In this document: positions 39,519 to 52,900 of the stretch, one piece after another
Layout of the letters: each line of letters opens with the position of its first letter
Position numbering within the stretch: the first letter of the stretch is position 1
DNA from: Eledone cirrhosa
Lineage: Eukaryota
NCBI GenBank assembly: GCA_964016885.1
Contig: OZ024755.1
Location: 36,146,001 to 36,210,000 of the forward strand
Length of the DNA stretch: 64,000 nt
Direction of reading: 5' to 3'
Notes under the pieces: model-generated
The model's database searches: none
Told to the model about the DNA's origin: nothing
What the model saw: the letters and a program-made list of their open reading frames with translations, nothing else
Translations under genes and position numbers: made by a program

Positions 39519-42500
39519 CATTATATACACCCAAAACCATCAGTTCCCATCATATACACCCAAAACCATCAGTTCCCATTTTATACACCCAAAACTATCA
39601 GTTCCCATTATATACACCCAAAACCATCAGTTCCCATTATATACACCCAAAACTATCAGTTCCCATTATATACACCCAAAACTATCAGTTCCCATTATAT
39701 ACACCCAAAACCATCAGTTCCCATTATATACACCCAAAACTATCAGTTCCCATTATATACACCCAAAACTATCAGTTCCCATTATATACACCCAAAACCA
39801 TCAGTTCCCATCATATACACCCAAAACCATCAGTTCCCATTATATACACCCAAAACTATCAGTTCCCATTATATACACCCAAAACCATCAGTTCCCATCA
39901 TATACACCCAAAACTATCAGTTCTCATCATATACACCCAAAACTATCAGTTCCCATTATATACACCCAAAACTATCAGTTCCCATTATATACACCCAAAA
40001 CTATCAGTTCCCATTATATACACCCAAAACTATCAGTTCCCATTATATACACCCAAAACTATCAGTTCCCATTATATACACCCAAAACTATCAGTTCTCA
40101 TCATATACACCCAAAACTATCAGTTCCCATTATATACACCCAAAACTATCAGTTCTCATCATATACACCCAAAACTATCAGTTCTCATCATATACACCCA
40201 AAACTATCAGTTCCCATCATATACACCCAAAACTATCAGTTCCCATTATATACACCCAAAACTATCAGTTCCCATTATATACACCCAAAACCATCAGTTC
40301 CCATTATATACACCCAAAACCATCAGTTCTCATCATATACACCCAAAACTATCAGTTCCCATTATATACACCCAAAACTATCAGTTCCCATTATATACAC
40401 CCAAAACTATCAGTTCCCATTATATACACCCAAAACCATCAGTTCTCATCATATACACCCAAAACTATCAGTTCCCATTATATACACCCAAAACCATCAG
40501 TTCTCATCATATACACCCAAAACTATCAGTTCCCATTATATACACCCAAAACTATCAGTTCCCATTATATACACCCAAAACCATCAGTTCCCATTATATA
40601 CACCCAAAACCATCAGTTCTCATCATATACACCCAAAACTATCAGTTCTCATTATATACACCCAAAACTATCAGTTCTCATTATATACACCCAAAACTAT
40701 CAGTTCCCATTATATACACCCAAAACTATCAGTTCCCATTATATACACCCAAAACCATCAGTTCCCATTATATACACCCAAAACTATCAGTTCCCATTAT
40801 ATACACCCAAAACCATCAGTTCCCATTATATACACCCAAAACTATCAGTTCTCATTATATACACCCAAAACTATCAGTTCCCATTATATACACCCAAAAC
40901 TATCAGTTCCCATTATATACACCCAAAACTATCAGTTCCCATTATATACACCCAAAACTATCAGTTCCCATTATATACACCCAAAACCATCAGTTCCCAT
41001 TATATACACCCAAAACCATCAGTTCCCATTATATACACACAAAACCATCAGTTCCCATTATATACACCCAAAACCATCAGTTCCCATTATATACACCCAA
41101 AACTATCAGTTCCCATTATATACACCCAAAACTATCAGTTCCCATTATATACACCCAAAACTATCAGTTCTCATTATATACACCCAAAACTATCAGTTCC
41201 CATTATATACACCCAAGACTATCAGTTCCCATTATATACACCCAAAACTATCAGTTCCCATTATATACACTCAAAACCATCAGTTCTCATCATATACACC
41301 CAAAACTATCAGTTCCCATTATATACACCCAAAACTATCAGTTCTCATTATATACACCCAAAACTATCAGTTCTCATTATATACACCCAAAACTATCAGT
41401 TCCCATTATATACACCCAAAACTATCAGTTCCCATTATATACACCCAAAACTATCAGTTCTCATTATATACACCCAAAACTATCAGTTCCCATTATATAC
41501 ACCCAAAACTATCAGTTCTCATTATATACACCCAAGACTATCAGTTCCCATTATATACACCCAAAACTATCAGTTCTCATTATATACACCCAAAACTATC
41601 AGTTCCCATTATATACACCCAAAACTATCAGTTCTCATTATATACACCCAAAACTATCAGTTCCCATTATATACACCCAAAACTATCAGTTCTCATTATA
41701 TACACCCAAAACTATCAGTTCTCATTATATACACCCAAAACTATCAGTTCCCATTATATACACCCAAAACTATCAGTTCTCATTATATACACCCAAGACT
41801 ATCAGTTCCCATTATATACACCCAAAACTATCAGTTCTCATTATATACACCCAAAACTATCAGTTCTCATTATATACACCCAAAACTATCAGTTCCCATT
41901 AGATACACCCAAAACTATCAGTTCTCATTATATACACCCAAAACTATCAGTTCTCATTATATACACCCAAAACTATCAGTTCCCATTATATACACCCAAA
42001 ACTATCAGTTCTCATTATATACACCCAAAACTATCAGTTCCCATTATATACACCCAAGACTATCAGTTCCCATTATATACACACAAAACCATCAGTTCTC
42101 ATTATATACACCCAAAACTATCAGTTCCCATTATATACACCCAAAACTATCAGTTCCCATTATATACACCCAAAACCATCAGTTCCCATTATATACACCC
42201 AAGACTATCAGTTCTCATTATATACACCCAAAACTATCAGTTCCCATTATATACACCCAACACTATCAGTTCCCATTATATACACCCAAAACTATCAGTT
42301 CCCATTATATACACCCAAGACTATCAGTTCCCATTATATACACCCAAAACCATCAGTTCCCATTATATACACCCAAAACTATCAGTTCCCATTATATACA
42401 CCCAAAACCATCAGTTCCCATTATATACACCCAAAACTATCAGTTCCCATTATATACACCCAAAACCATCAGTTCCCATTATATACACCCAACACTATCA

Positions 42501-42696
42501 GTTCCCATTATATACACCCAAAACTATCAGTTCCCATTATATACACCCAAGACTATCAGTTCCCATTATATACACCCAAAACTATCAGTTCCCATTATAT
42601 ACACCCAAGACTATCAGTTCCCATTATATACACCCAAAACCATCAGTTCCCATTATATACACCCAAAACTATCAGTTCCCATTATATACACCCAAA
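39519..42696. repeat. 29-bp minisatellite (about 110 copies)
   Basis: Unit cattatatacacccaaaactatcagttcc; one more degenerate unit follows the SINE at about 42888-42912. Confidence 0.97.
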
Positions 42697-42887
42697 GGAC
42701 GGTGGATTGGCAGTATTGGTAGAGGGTCGGACGCCATGCTTTGCAGCATAGAGTTATGGCCCTTTACATTCTGAGTTCAAATCCCATTGAGGTTAACTTT
42801 GCCTGTCATCGCTATGGGGGTCGATAAAATAAAGTACCAGTAATGCACTGGGTAATTGCTGGCCGTGTACCAAAAGCAGAAACAATT
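42697..42887 (+). mobile_element. Deu/Nin-like SINE inserted at the end of the 29-bp array
   Basis: Family consensus. Confidence 0.85.
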
Positions 42888-43069
42888 CTATACACCCAAA
42901 TCCATCAGTTCTGATTTTATAAACACAAATATTATAGACTCGCAACTGTTTGCTTTCTAAATTCAATTCACATGTTGCTTAGTGTCTTGTCCCTTGGTTA
43001 TAATTAACCATTAGATAGACAACTTCTCTGCATTACTAGCAATTCAGTTAGTACCGTATATTCTCACTG

Positions 43070-44371
43070 ATTCAGTGTGGAAATACCAAAACAGACAAAG
43101 ATTTGGTGGTGGACATGCAAAAGTCTCTCTTGTAAAATTGGGGTATTTAAAGGATGGGGATGTTGTGTATGACTGCGGCATCAAACCACAGACTACGCAG
43201 CACCTCCTGATATGCCCCCTGCTAGAACACCCCTGCACAGCATTGGACTTGGCAGAGTTTAATGAGATAGGACAGTAATGTGTTCAGCTGTGGTGGAACC
43301 ACATCTGGCCAACCTTTGTAACTGACACTCTTGTGGACACAAGGACAGTAATGTGTTCAGCTGTGGTGGAACCACATCTGGCCAACCTTTGTAACTGACA
43401 CTCTTGTGGACACAAGGACAGCAATGTGTTCAGCTGTGGCAGAACCACATCTGGCCAACCTTTGTAACTGACACTCTTGTGGACACAAGGACAGCAATGT
43501 GTTCAGCTGTGGTAGAACCACATCTAGCCAACCTTTGTAACTGACACTCTTGTGGACACAAGAACAGCAATGTGTTCAGCTGTGGTAGAACCACATCTAG
43601 CCAAGCTTTGTAACTGACACTCTTGTGGACACAAGGACAGCAATGTGTTCAGCTGTGGTAGAACCACATCTAGCCAAGCTTTGTAACTGACACTCTTGTG
43701 GACACAAGGACAGCAATGTGTTCAGCTGTGGTAGAACCACATCTAGCCAAGCTTTGTAACTGACACTCTTGTGGACACAAGGACAGCAATGTGTTCAGCT
43801 GTGGTAGAACCACATCTAGCCAAGCTCTGTAACTGACACTCTTGTGGACACAAGGACAACAATGTGTTCAGTTGTGACAGAACCACATCTAGCCAAGCTT
43901 TGTAACTGACACTCTTGTTGACACAAGGACAGCAATGTGTTCAGCTGTGGTAGAACCACATCTAGCCAAGCTCTGTAACTGACACTCTTGTGGACACAAG
44001 GACAACAATGTGTTCAGTTGTGACAGAACCACATCTAGCCAAGCTTTGTAACTGACACTCTTGTTGACACAAGAACAGCAATGTGTTCAGCTGTGGTAGA
44101 ACCACATCTAGCCAAGCTCTGTAACTGACACTCTTGTGGACACAAGGACAACAATGTGTTCAGTTGTGACAGAACCACATCTAGCCAAGCTTTGTAACTG
44201 ACACTCTTGTTGACACAAGGACAACAATGTGTTCAGATGTGGTAGAACCACATCTAGCCAAGCTCTGTAACTGACACTCTTGTGGACACAAGGACAGCAA
44301 TGTGTTCAGCTGTGGTAGAACCACATCTAGCCAAGCTCTGTAACTGACACTCTTGTGAACACGAGAAGAAG
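43070..44371 (+). mobile_element. I-group (Ingi/Vingi-like) LINE 3' end with its last 73 bp amplified about 15 times
   Basis: VWKYQNRQRFGGG..KLGY..DCGIKPQTTQHLLICP (decayed CCHC knuckle), then period-73 repeats from 43269, ending in acacgagaagaag. Confidence 0.75.
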
Positions 44372-44713
44372 TCAGTGCCAATACCAAATGATACTTGCAT
44401 GAGATAGAATAATCATATAATAGCCCCTTTAAAATTCTGTTCATTACATGCAATATATTTATTTAATAAAAATAAAATACAGATAATATCCAAATAAAAC
44501 TAATCAAGGTTTTCTCTTTAAGGCAGTTGAAACACACATGTCTAACTGAAGTCAAATTTCTCAGTATGTTACAGAATTTGCAGTTAGTTAACATTGAAAG
44601 AATTAAAATTAAAATAATTGTTTATTACATCCTTTTTTCCGGAGTTAAAATTTCAAGGGAGGACAATCAAATGAAATGGAAAAATGCTGATATGGACCAC
44701 AAAAGACATACTA

Positions 44714-44806
<93 letters not shown>

Positions 44807-45004
44807 TTAAAATTCAAAGAAAACGAGAGAAAAGAAAAAAAAGGTAAGTAATAAATAAAAGAAATAAATTTGAGAAAATGAAATTTTATAAAACGAAAAA
44901 AATATACTTTTAAAATATTTAAACAAGGCCATTAATATTAATCACAATGACCATTGTAATAACAGGATATCAGCAGTACTACTACTAGTACCACTACTAA
45001 TGTC

Positions 45005-45039
<35 letters not shown>

Positions 45040-45089
45040 TAACAATAACAATAATAATGATTTCATTTATTGGCCACAAGGGCCAAATC

Positions 45090-45123
<34 letters not shown>

Positions 45124-45556
45124 GCCAACAAATCTATGTGAAGAATCAAACCTGGAACTAAATAACAATTATGAAGTCTTGCAAAAAGTAATTGAAATTA
45201 ATTAATTCCGTCAAATAATTAATCCAAAAGACATTGAAAGGTAGTTTTCCCATGTTTTATTGATGGCTTGCTGAAATTCAATGACAATCACACCTTGGCT
45301 TTTTCTCCTTTTCTCTCTTTAATTTTCACGGTGAGAGAAAAACAAAAAAAATTTGGAATCAAGGAGGAAAAAGAATAAGGTGTTAGCATGGTTGTAACAC
45401 TGACGCAAACAGAGAGAGGGGGGGGAGAGGGAGAAGGGGGAGGGGGACAATAGCACTGCTAGAAAGCTACAGCACTTAAGTGGTGATTACACAGTTCGAA
45501 ACAAAAATGGAAGAAAATGAAATATGCGAGTGGATACAAGCTGGATTTGCTAAACT

Positions 45557-46075
45557 ATCATCATCATCGTTTAACGCCCATCTTCCACGCTAGCATGGGT
45601 TAGACGGTTTTGTTCCATTCGATGCAGGGATGGTCGGGAGACTGTGCCTCACTCGTACAGAACTATCTCTGGCAGGTTTCCTACAGCTGGATACTTTTCC
45701 TAACACCAACCACCTTTACAGAGTGGACTGGGAGCTTTTTTACCATGTCACCTGCATGACCACTTTGCAGTGTGGACTGGGGACTTTTGGTTGTGTCACC
45801 AACACACTGGACGGAGAAATAGTAGGATGTGTTGGGGTGGGGTTTATATTGGGTTAAGAGGAGGTGCCTACTGACTGTAGGTTTGTATGCAAGGGAAGGT
45901 GGGTCTTCTGTACAACTACATGGCGCCAAAGATCTCGATCCAGTGACATTGTCTTAGAGATGTGTAAGTGAGCAAGGTCAGTTTTTATTACCTCGTTCCA
46001 GGTTTTTCTTGGTCTACCCACTCTGTAGTTTCCATCAATTTTCATTGCTCTGCACTTTTTTATACAGCTGTCGTG
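45557..46075 (-). mobile_element. SINE 3' half plus RTE LINE 3' fragment
   Basis: GRPRKTWNEVIKTDL..DRDLWR at 45900-46045; SINE tail motifs at 45557-45810. Confidence 0.75.
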
Positions 46076-46159
46076 TATAATTGTGTTAATTATTTTAATA
46101 CAAACCTGGCCAAAACAAGCTCTGGTTCAATGAAACAAAACAACACATTTTAAAGAGGT

Positions 46160-46800
46160 TTTACTTAACACCATGAAGAACATACTCAGTGTCACCCAGC
46201 AAAAGATGGAGCAGATCATGTTGGGTACTATGCTGTGTGACAAGAAGAACAACAGCATTTGGACCTGACAACAAACTGGAGTCAGCGACATAATAACAAC
46301 CGTCAAGACGAACAGACACAGATTGACTAGTCACATCTGGAGACTCAGTGACAACAGATGGGCTGGTCACATCTGGAGACTCAGTGACAACAGATGGGCT
46401 GGTCACATCTGGAGACTGACAATAGATGGGCTCGTCACACCTGGAGACTCAGTGACAACAGATGGGCTGGTCACATCTGGAGACTGACAACAGATGGGCT
46501 GGCCACATCTGGTGACTCAGTGACAACAGATGGACTGGTCACATCTGGGGACTCAGTGACAAGAGATGGACTGGTCACATCTGGAGACTCAGTGACAACA
46601 GATGGGGTGATCACATCTGGTGACTCAGTGACAACAGATGGGCTGGCCACATCTGGTGACTCAGTGACAACAGATGGACAATCAGAGTGACAGAGTGAAC
46701 ACCAAGAAAATGGACACGGTCAAAAGGACATCCAAAGACAAGATGGTGAGACGATCTCATCAACCACCAGTGACCCTCAGGGCCAAGACTGGCAAGGAAA
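46160..46800 (+). mobile_element. RTE LINE fragment with an internal 36-bp tandem array (46329-46677)
   Basis: VTQQKMEQIMLG..QTGVSDII..(WAGHIWRLSDNR)n..WTIRVTE*TPRKWTRSKGHPKTRW*DDL. Confidence 0.82.
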
Positions 46801-46829
46801 ACTGTTGGGGAAAGGAGTCCATACCGACA

Positions 46830-47235
46830 AAGTATTGTTCTCAAAATAAATAATATCAAAATCTCATAGTTTCAATATTATGTGAGATGAAGTCTTTACT
46901 GCGAAAATACAATAGTATATATAGAGTAATGTAAATATGTGAAATAATTATGTGAGGTAAAGCCTTTACCATGAACATATAGTAGTGTATATAGAGTAAT
47001 GTATATGTTATGCGAGATATTATGTGAGGTAAAGCCTTTACTGTGAAAATACAATAGTATATATAGAGTAATGTAAATGTTATGTGAGATATTACGTGAG
47101 GTAAAGCCTTTAGTGTGAAAATACAATAGTATATATAGAGTAATGTAAATGTTATGTGAGATATTATGTGAAGTAAAGCCTTTACTGTGAAAATATAATA
47201 CTATATATAGAGTAATGTAAATGTTAAAGAGTTAA
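46830..47235 (+). mobile_element. piggyBac-like MITE 3' part with about 5 copies of the 72-bp segment
   Basis: Same unit as 27964-29511; ends taaatgttaaagag-ttaa. Confidence 0.8.
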
Positions 47236-48144
47236 TGCTCTAATACTTCTCCCAGTCCACTATGCTAGATTGGTATTTTATTTATCAACCATGGAAGGAT
47301 GGAAGACTAAGTTGATATTAAGATTTGGACTTAGAACATAAGGAATAAATAGTATAAACCATTTAATCTTCTTCTGTTACACTTCCTCCTCTGCTGATAA
47401 ATTTAAAAGTATTAAAAACATACTATGAACACCTGAGACAGAAAACAGCAACAATCCTCCAGACTGGACTCAGTCCATCTATCACTTGAGGACATTATCA
47501 GTTACACACAAATTTGGTACTATAAAAATGTTTTTGTTTTGTTTTTTCCCTTTTACTCTAATTTACAATAATACAAGGTTATTTGTAAGCCACTTAACAG
47601 AAGCTATCGGATTGGCTGTCTTCATCTGCTATCATCTAATTTGTCTTTATTCCTTCCTACGTCTATAAAATAAGTATTAGTAATATACTGCTGTTGATTC
47701 AATTGTCTATATTTTAACTGTTGAAAAAGATAATTGCTTGGTAGAGGAAAGACACAGTAGAGTGTCATCCTTGTCTTCTTTGTTCTCCACCTCCTCCTCT
47801 ACTTGTTCTTGAGAGAGTTGTTAGAGTTAGAGCAGAGTCTTCAGATACACTTTCCAGACAGTCCTATCAGTAAAAGCGGTTTCCAAATATCTAGTTGGAT
47901 CCCAAAGCGAGACCTAGCGAGCTTCATCATCATCATCACCATTTTACATCCAATTTGCCACACTAGCATGGGTTGGACGAGTTCTCCTGTTGTGGGCAAT
48001 GCTGCGTCAGGTGACCATGTCTTGCTCATACAGAACTGATTCTGGCTTTGTTTCTACAGCCGGATGCCCTTCCTAACACCAGCCTCATTTACAGTGAGTG
48101 CTGGGTGCTTTTTTTGTCATGACACCTACACGAACACTTTACAA

Positions 48145-48426
48145 CAATCATGGGCAACCTGCAGCCTGCGGGCCGCATGCGATCCATGAAGCTTTCTGAA
48201 TGGCTCATCCAAGTCACCCGAGTGAAATGTGATTTTCTTTACTCCAACTTTTCAGTTGTAATTTATCTTTCTATCATTTTTACAATCGAGGAAAGCAGCG
48301 TGTACGAATTCTGAAGAAACAAATCAAAACAACCTGAGTTACTGTTCTTTTTTTTTTTAATGTGGGCATAAATGATGAGCCATACCTCTTCATTTATGCC
48401 CACATTAAAAAGGTTGTCCATGCCTG
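48145..48426. mobile_element. hAT MITE, copy 3, nested in a SINE
   Basis: caatcatgggcaacct ... aggttgtccatgcctg; TSD ctttacaa/ctttacag. Confidence 0.82.
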
Positions 48427-48856
48427 CTTTACAGTGTAGACTGGGTGCTTTTTGTCATGACACCTACACAAACGCTTTACGAGGGGAGGGGGGAATACTA
48501 TATATATGCTTCAGCTTCGACCTGTACCCGTGGGAAGTCTTCTGGATGTTATCTAACCTTCTTGTCTGTGGTCTACCTCTGACTCTCCTGCCCTTTGGCT
48601 TTCCCTGTAAAATCTGCCCAATGATGTTAACTTTGCTTGTAAAGCCTGTACAATACCCCTCCCCCCTTCTATAATTTTTAATGAATTCTAACATTACTCT
48701 ATCTATATTTGTGTTGTTCTAAACTTCTGTGCCATCTTTCTATCCACCATAAGCCATTGGTGATATGTTACAGGGGCCACACTTCTAGTATAGTGACACC
48801 TCTCACCAGGGGACATTTCATTTACCAAAAACATACCATTTAACCCTTTATTATTT

Positions 48857-49212
48857 GGTGGATTAGCAGTATCGGTAGAGGGTCGGACGCCATGCTTTCC
48901 AGCATAGTTACATCCCTTTACGATCTGAGTTCAAATCCCGCCGAGGTTGACTTTGCCTTTCATCCTTACGGGGTCGATAAAATAAAGTACCAGTAATGCA
49001 CTGGTTATTTGCTGGCCTTGTGCCTAAAGTAGAAACAATTATTTGGTGGATTGGCAGTATCGGTAGAGGGTCGGACACCATGCTTTCCAGCATAGTTACT
49101 TCCCTTTACGATCTGAGTTCAAATCCCTTTCATCCTTACGGGGGTCGATAAAATAAAGTACCAGTAATACACTGGGATAATTGCTGGCCTTGTGCCAAAA
49201 GTAGAAACAATT
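48857..49212 (+). mobile_element. two tandem Deu/Nin-like SINEs within a piggyBac-like MITE remnant
   Basis: The consensus occurs twice, flanked by ttaaccctttatt and atttaaaccagtcatatctggccagaattctctcacc. Confidence 0.8.
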
Positions 49213-49437
49213 ATTTAAACCAGTCATATCTGGCCAGAATTCTCTCACCTCTTTCTGGCCAAGGACACCAGAAGTCTCCACTGCTACAGGCTCCACTACA
49301 AGCCTATTGGAGAGCAACCAATATTTGGAGAGCTAATTATTGACTTGAATGACATTACTTGTTACATGGATATTGGACGTGATCAATGTTTTCTTTGTAT
49401 TTATTTTTAATCCCACCTTGCTGTTTTCACTATTCAG

Positions 49438-49501
<64 letters not shown>

Positions 49502-49637
49502 CAGGGGCTGCCGGCGAAGAAACAACACCACACCTTCAGCCGGCACCCTTTTTTTTTGGGGGGGGGGGGGGGGGGTATTAGATGTTTTCCAAATTTAAAG
49601 GTTCCTTAGGAACTTTCAATGTTTATTTTAGGTTTTG

Positions 49638-49697
49638 CCCTCTGAAGAGCTCAGGCTGTCTTAACTGACAGTCCTCGGTGAAATATATATAACAGAG
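49638..49697 (+). ncRNA. degenerate Penelope-type minimal hammerhead motif
   Basis: ccct CTGAAGA gctcagg-ctgtc ttaact gacag-tcctcggt GAAA tatatat aac agag. The core and stem II are good, while stem I and the cleavage triplet are imperfect. Followed by aataaa and (TA)n. Confidence 0.4.
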
Positions 49698-49801
49698 TTT
49701 TAAATAAACCTGAATCAACTGAATATGGCCTCCAATCTTATATATATATATATATATATATCTCCAGGGAGTGTAACACGGAGTTACTGTAGTATTATTA
49801 T

Positions 49802-49841
<40 letters not shown>

Positions 49842-49910
49842 TATGAAGAGAGAAGAAACATTTAGATATAATTAGTAATAAAATGTATCATACCTAAACT
49901 GTTCCTAAAT

Positions 49911-49998
49911 TCCTCGACTACGTAGTTTCGTGGCATAAACAAAAACAATATATCAAAGATATAGAGTCCTTGCGAGGTCTGCCAACTTATCAAGAGGA
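49911..49998 (-). ncRNA. type I hammerhead ribozyme, first of 8 minus-strand copies (others start at 50502, 51093, 51684, 52275, 52866, 53457, 54038)
   Basis: Reverse complement of the motif at 54584-54671. Confidence 0.78.
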
Positions 49999-52900
49999 TA
50001 CCTCATTTTACTAGTCTCAAGAACGCGTCTACACGACGTGAGAAAGAATCCCAAAAGGCGGAGGGGGAGATAGTCACGCGATATAACGGTCGAGAAACAG
50101 AGCTAAGCCTCTTATAACCACGAAGAAAATACCACGGAGGCGGAGGGGGTATTCATATCGAGGCCGTAGAAGAGGTAGTGAAGAAGGCGAGAAGTATGAG
50201 TAATGGAAGCTTTCCAGTTGTCCCCACACTTCAAAGATTGCTCGACCAGAGGGAGTTATTAATATATTTAAAAACACACAGATACATGCGGACACACACA
50301 TATATACATGAATGCATCCGCACCCAACTGTGAGTTAAGGGTGCCAACTTCACCGATGTTGCTCAATGAATGACTGGGACAGACCAATTCAGTTTGAACC
50401 AGACTGAACCAGTATCAGAGTTAAAAATACATTATGAAGAGAGAAGAAACATTTAGATATAATTAGTAATAAAATGTATCATACCTAAACTGTTCCTAAA
50501 TTCCTCGACTACGTAGTTTCGTGGCATAAACAAAAACAATATATCAAAGATATAGAGTCCTTGCGAGGTCTGCCAACTTATCAAGAGGATACCTCATTTT
50601 ACTAGTCTCAAGAACGCGTCTACACGACGTGAGAAAGAATCCCAAAAGGCGGAGGGGGAGATAGTCACGCGATATAACGGTCGAGAAACAGAGCTAAGCC
50701 TCTTATAACCACGAAGAAAATACCACGGAGGCGGAGGGGGTATTCATATCGAGGCCGTAGAAGAGGTAGTGAAGAAGGCGAGAAGTATGAGTAATGGAAG
50801 CTTTCCAGTTGTCCCCACACTTCAAAGATTGCTCGACCAGAGGGAGTTATTAATATATTTAAAAACACACAGATACATGCGGACACACACATATATACAT
50901 GAATGCATCCGCACCCAACTGTGAGTTAAGGGTGCCAACTTCACCGATGTTGCTCAATGAATGACTGGGACAGACCAATTCAGTTTGAACCAGACTGAAC
51001 CAGTATCAGAGTTAAAAATACATTATGAAGAGAGAAGAAACATTTAGATATAATTAGTAATAAAATGTATCATACCTAAACTGTTCCTAAATTCCTCGAC
51101 TACGTAGTTTCGTGGCATAAACAAAAACAATATATCAAAGATATAGAGTCCTTGCGAGGTCTGCCAACTTATCAAGAGGATACCTCATTTTACTAGTCTC
51201 AAGAACGCGTCTACACGACGTGAGAAAGAATCCCAAAAGGCGGAGGGGGAGATAGTCACGCGATATAACGGTCGAGAAACAGAGCTAAGCCTCTTATAAC
51301 CACGAAGAAAATACCACGGAGGCGGAGGGGGTATTCATATCGAGGCCGTAGAAGAGGTAGTGAAGAAGGCGAGAAGTATGAGTAATGGAAGCTTTCCAGT
51401 TGTCCCCACACTTCAAAGATTGCTCGACCAGAGGGAGTTATTAATATATTTAAAAACACACAGATACATGCGGACACACACATATATACATGAATGCATC
51501 CGCACCCAACTGTGAGTTAAGGGTGCCAACTTCACCGATGTTGCTCAATGAATGACTGGGACAGACCAATTCAGTTTGAACCAGACTGAACCAGTATCAG
51601 AGTTAAAAATACATTATGAAGAGAGAAGAAACATTTAGATATAATTAGTAATAAAATGTATCATACCTAAACTGTTCCTAAATTCCTCGACTACGTAGTT
51701 TCGTGGCATAAACAAAAACAATATATCAAAGATATAGAGTCCTTGCGAGGTCTGCCAACTTATCAAGAGGATACCTCATTTTACTAGTCTCAAGAACGCG
51801 TCTACACGACGTGAGAAAGAATCCCAAAAGGCGGAGGGGGAGATAGTCACGCGATATAACGGTCGAGAAACAGAGCTAAGCCTCTTATAACCACGAAGAA
51901 AATACCACGGAGGCGGAGGGGGTATTCATATCGAGGCCGTAGAAGAGGTAGTGAAGAAGGCGAGAAGTATGAGTAATGGAAGCTTTCCAGTTGTCCCCAC
52001 ACTTCAAAGATTGCTCGACCAGAGGGAGTTATTAATATATTTAAAAACACACAGATACATGCGGACACACACATATATACATGAATGCATCCGCACCCAA
52101 CTGTGAGTTAAGGGTGCCAACTTCACCGATGTTGCTCAATGAATGACTGGGACAGACCAATTCAGTTTGAACCAGACTGAACCAGTATCAGAGTTAAAAA
52201 TACATTATGAAGAGAGAAGAAACATTTAGATATAATTAGTAATAAAATGTATCATACCTAAACTGTTCCTAAATTCCTCGACTACGTAGTTTCGTGGCAT
52301 AAACAAAAACAATATATCAAAGATATAGAGTCCTTGCGAGGTCTGCCAACTTATCAAGAGGATACCTCATTTTACTAGTCTCAAGAACGCGTCTACACGA
52401 CGTGAGAAAGAATCCCAAAAGGCGGAGGGGGAGATAGTCACGCGATATAACGGTCGAGAAACAGAGCTAAGCCTCTTATAACCACGAAGAAAATACCACG
52501 GAGGCGGAGGGGGTATTCATATCGAGGCCGTAGAAGAGGTAGTGAAGAAGGCGAGAAGTATGAGTAATGGAAGCTTTCCAGTTGTCCCCACACTTCAAAG
52601 ATTGCTCGACCAGAGGGAGTTATTAATATATTTAAAAACACACAGATACATGCGGACACACACATATATACATGAATGCATCCGCACCCAACTGTGAGTT
52701 AAGGGTGCCAACTTCACCGATGTTGCTCAATGAATGACTGGGACAGACCAATTCAGTTTGAACCAGACTGAACCAGTATCAGAGTTAAAAATACATTATG
52801 AAGAGAGAAGAAACATTTAGATATAATTAGTAATAAAATGTATCATACCTAAACTGTTCCTAAATTCCTCGACTACGTAGTTTCGTGGCATAAACAAAAA

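Noticed and set aside
36074-42722. Long ORFs of 571, 1130 and 803 aa
   Set aside because: They are stop-free frames of the 51- and 29-bp minisatellites.
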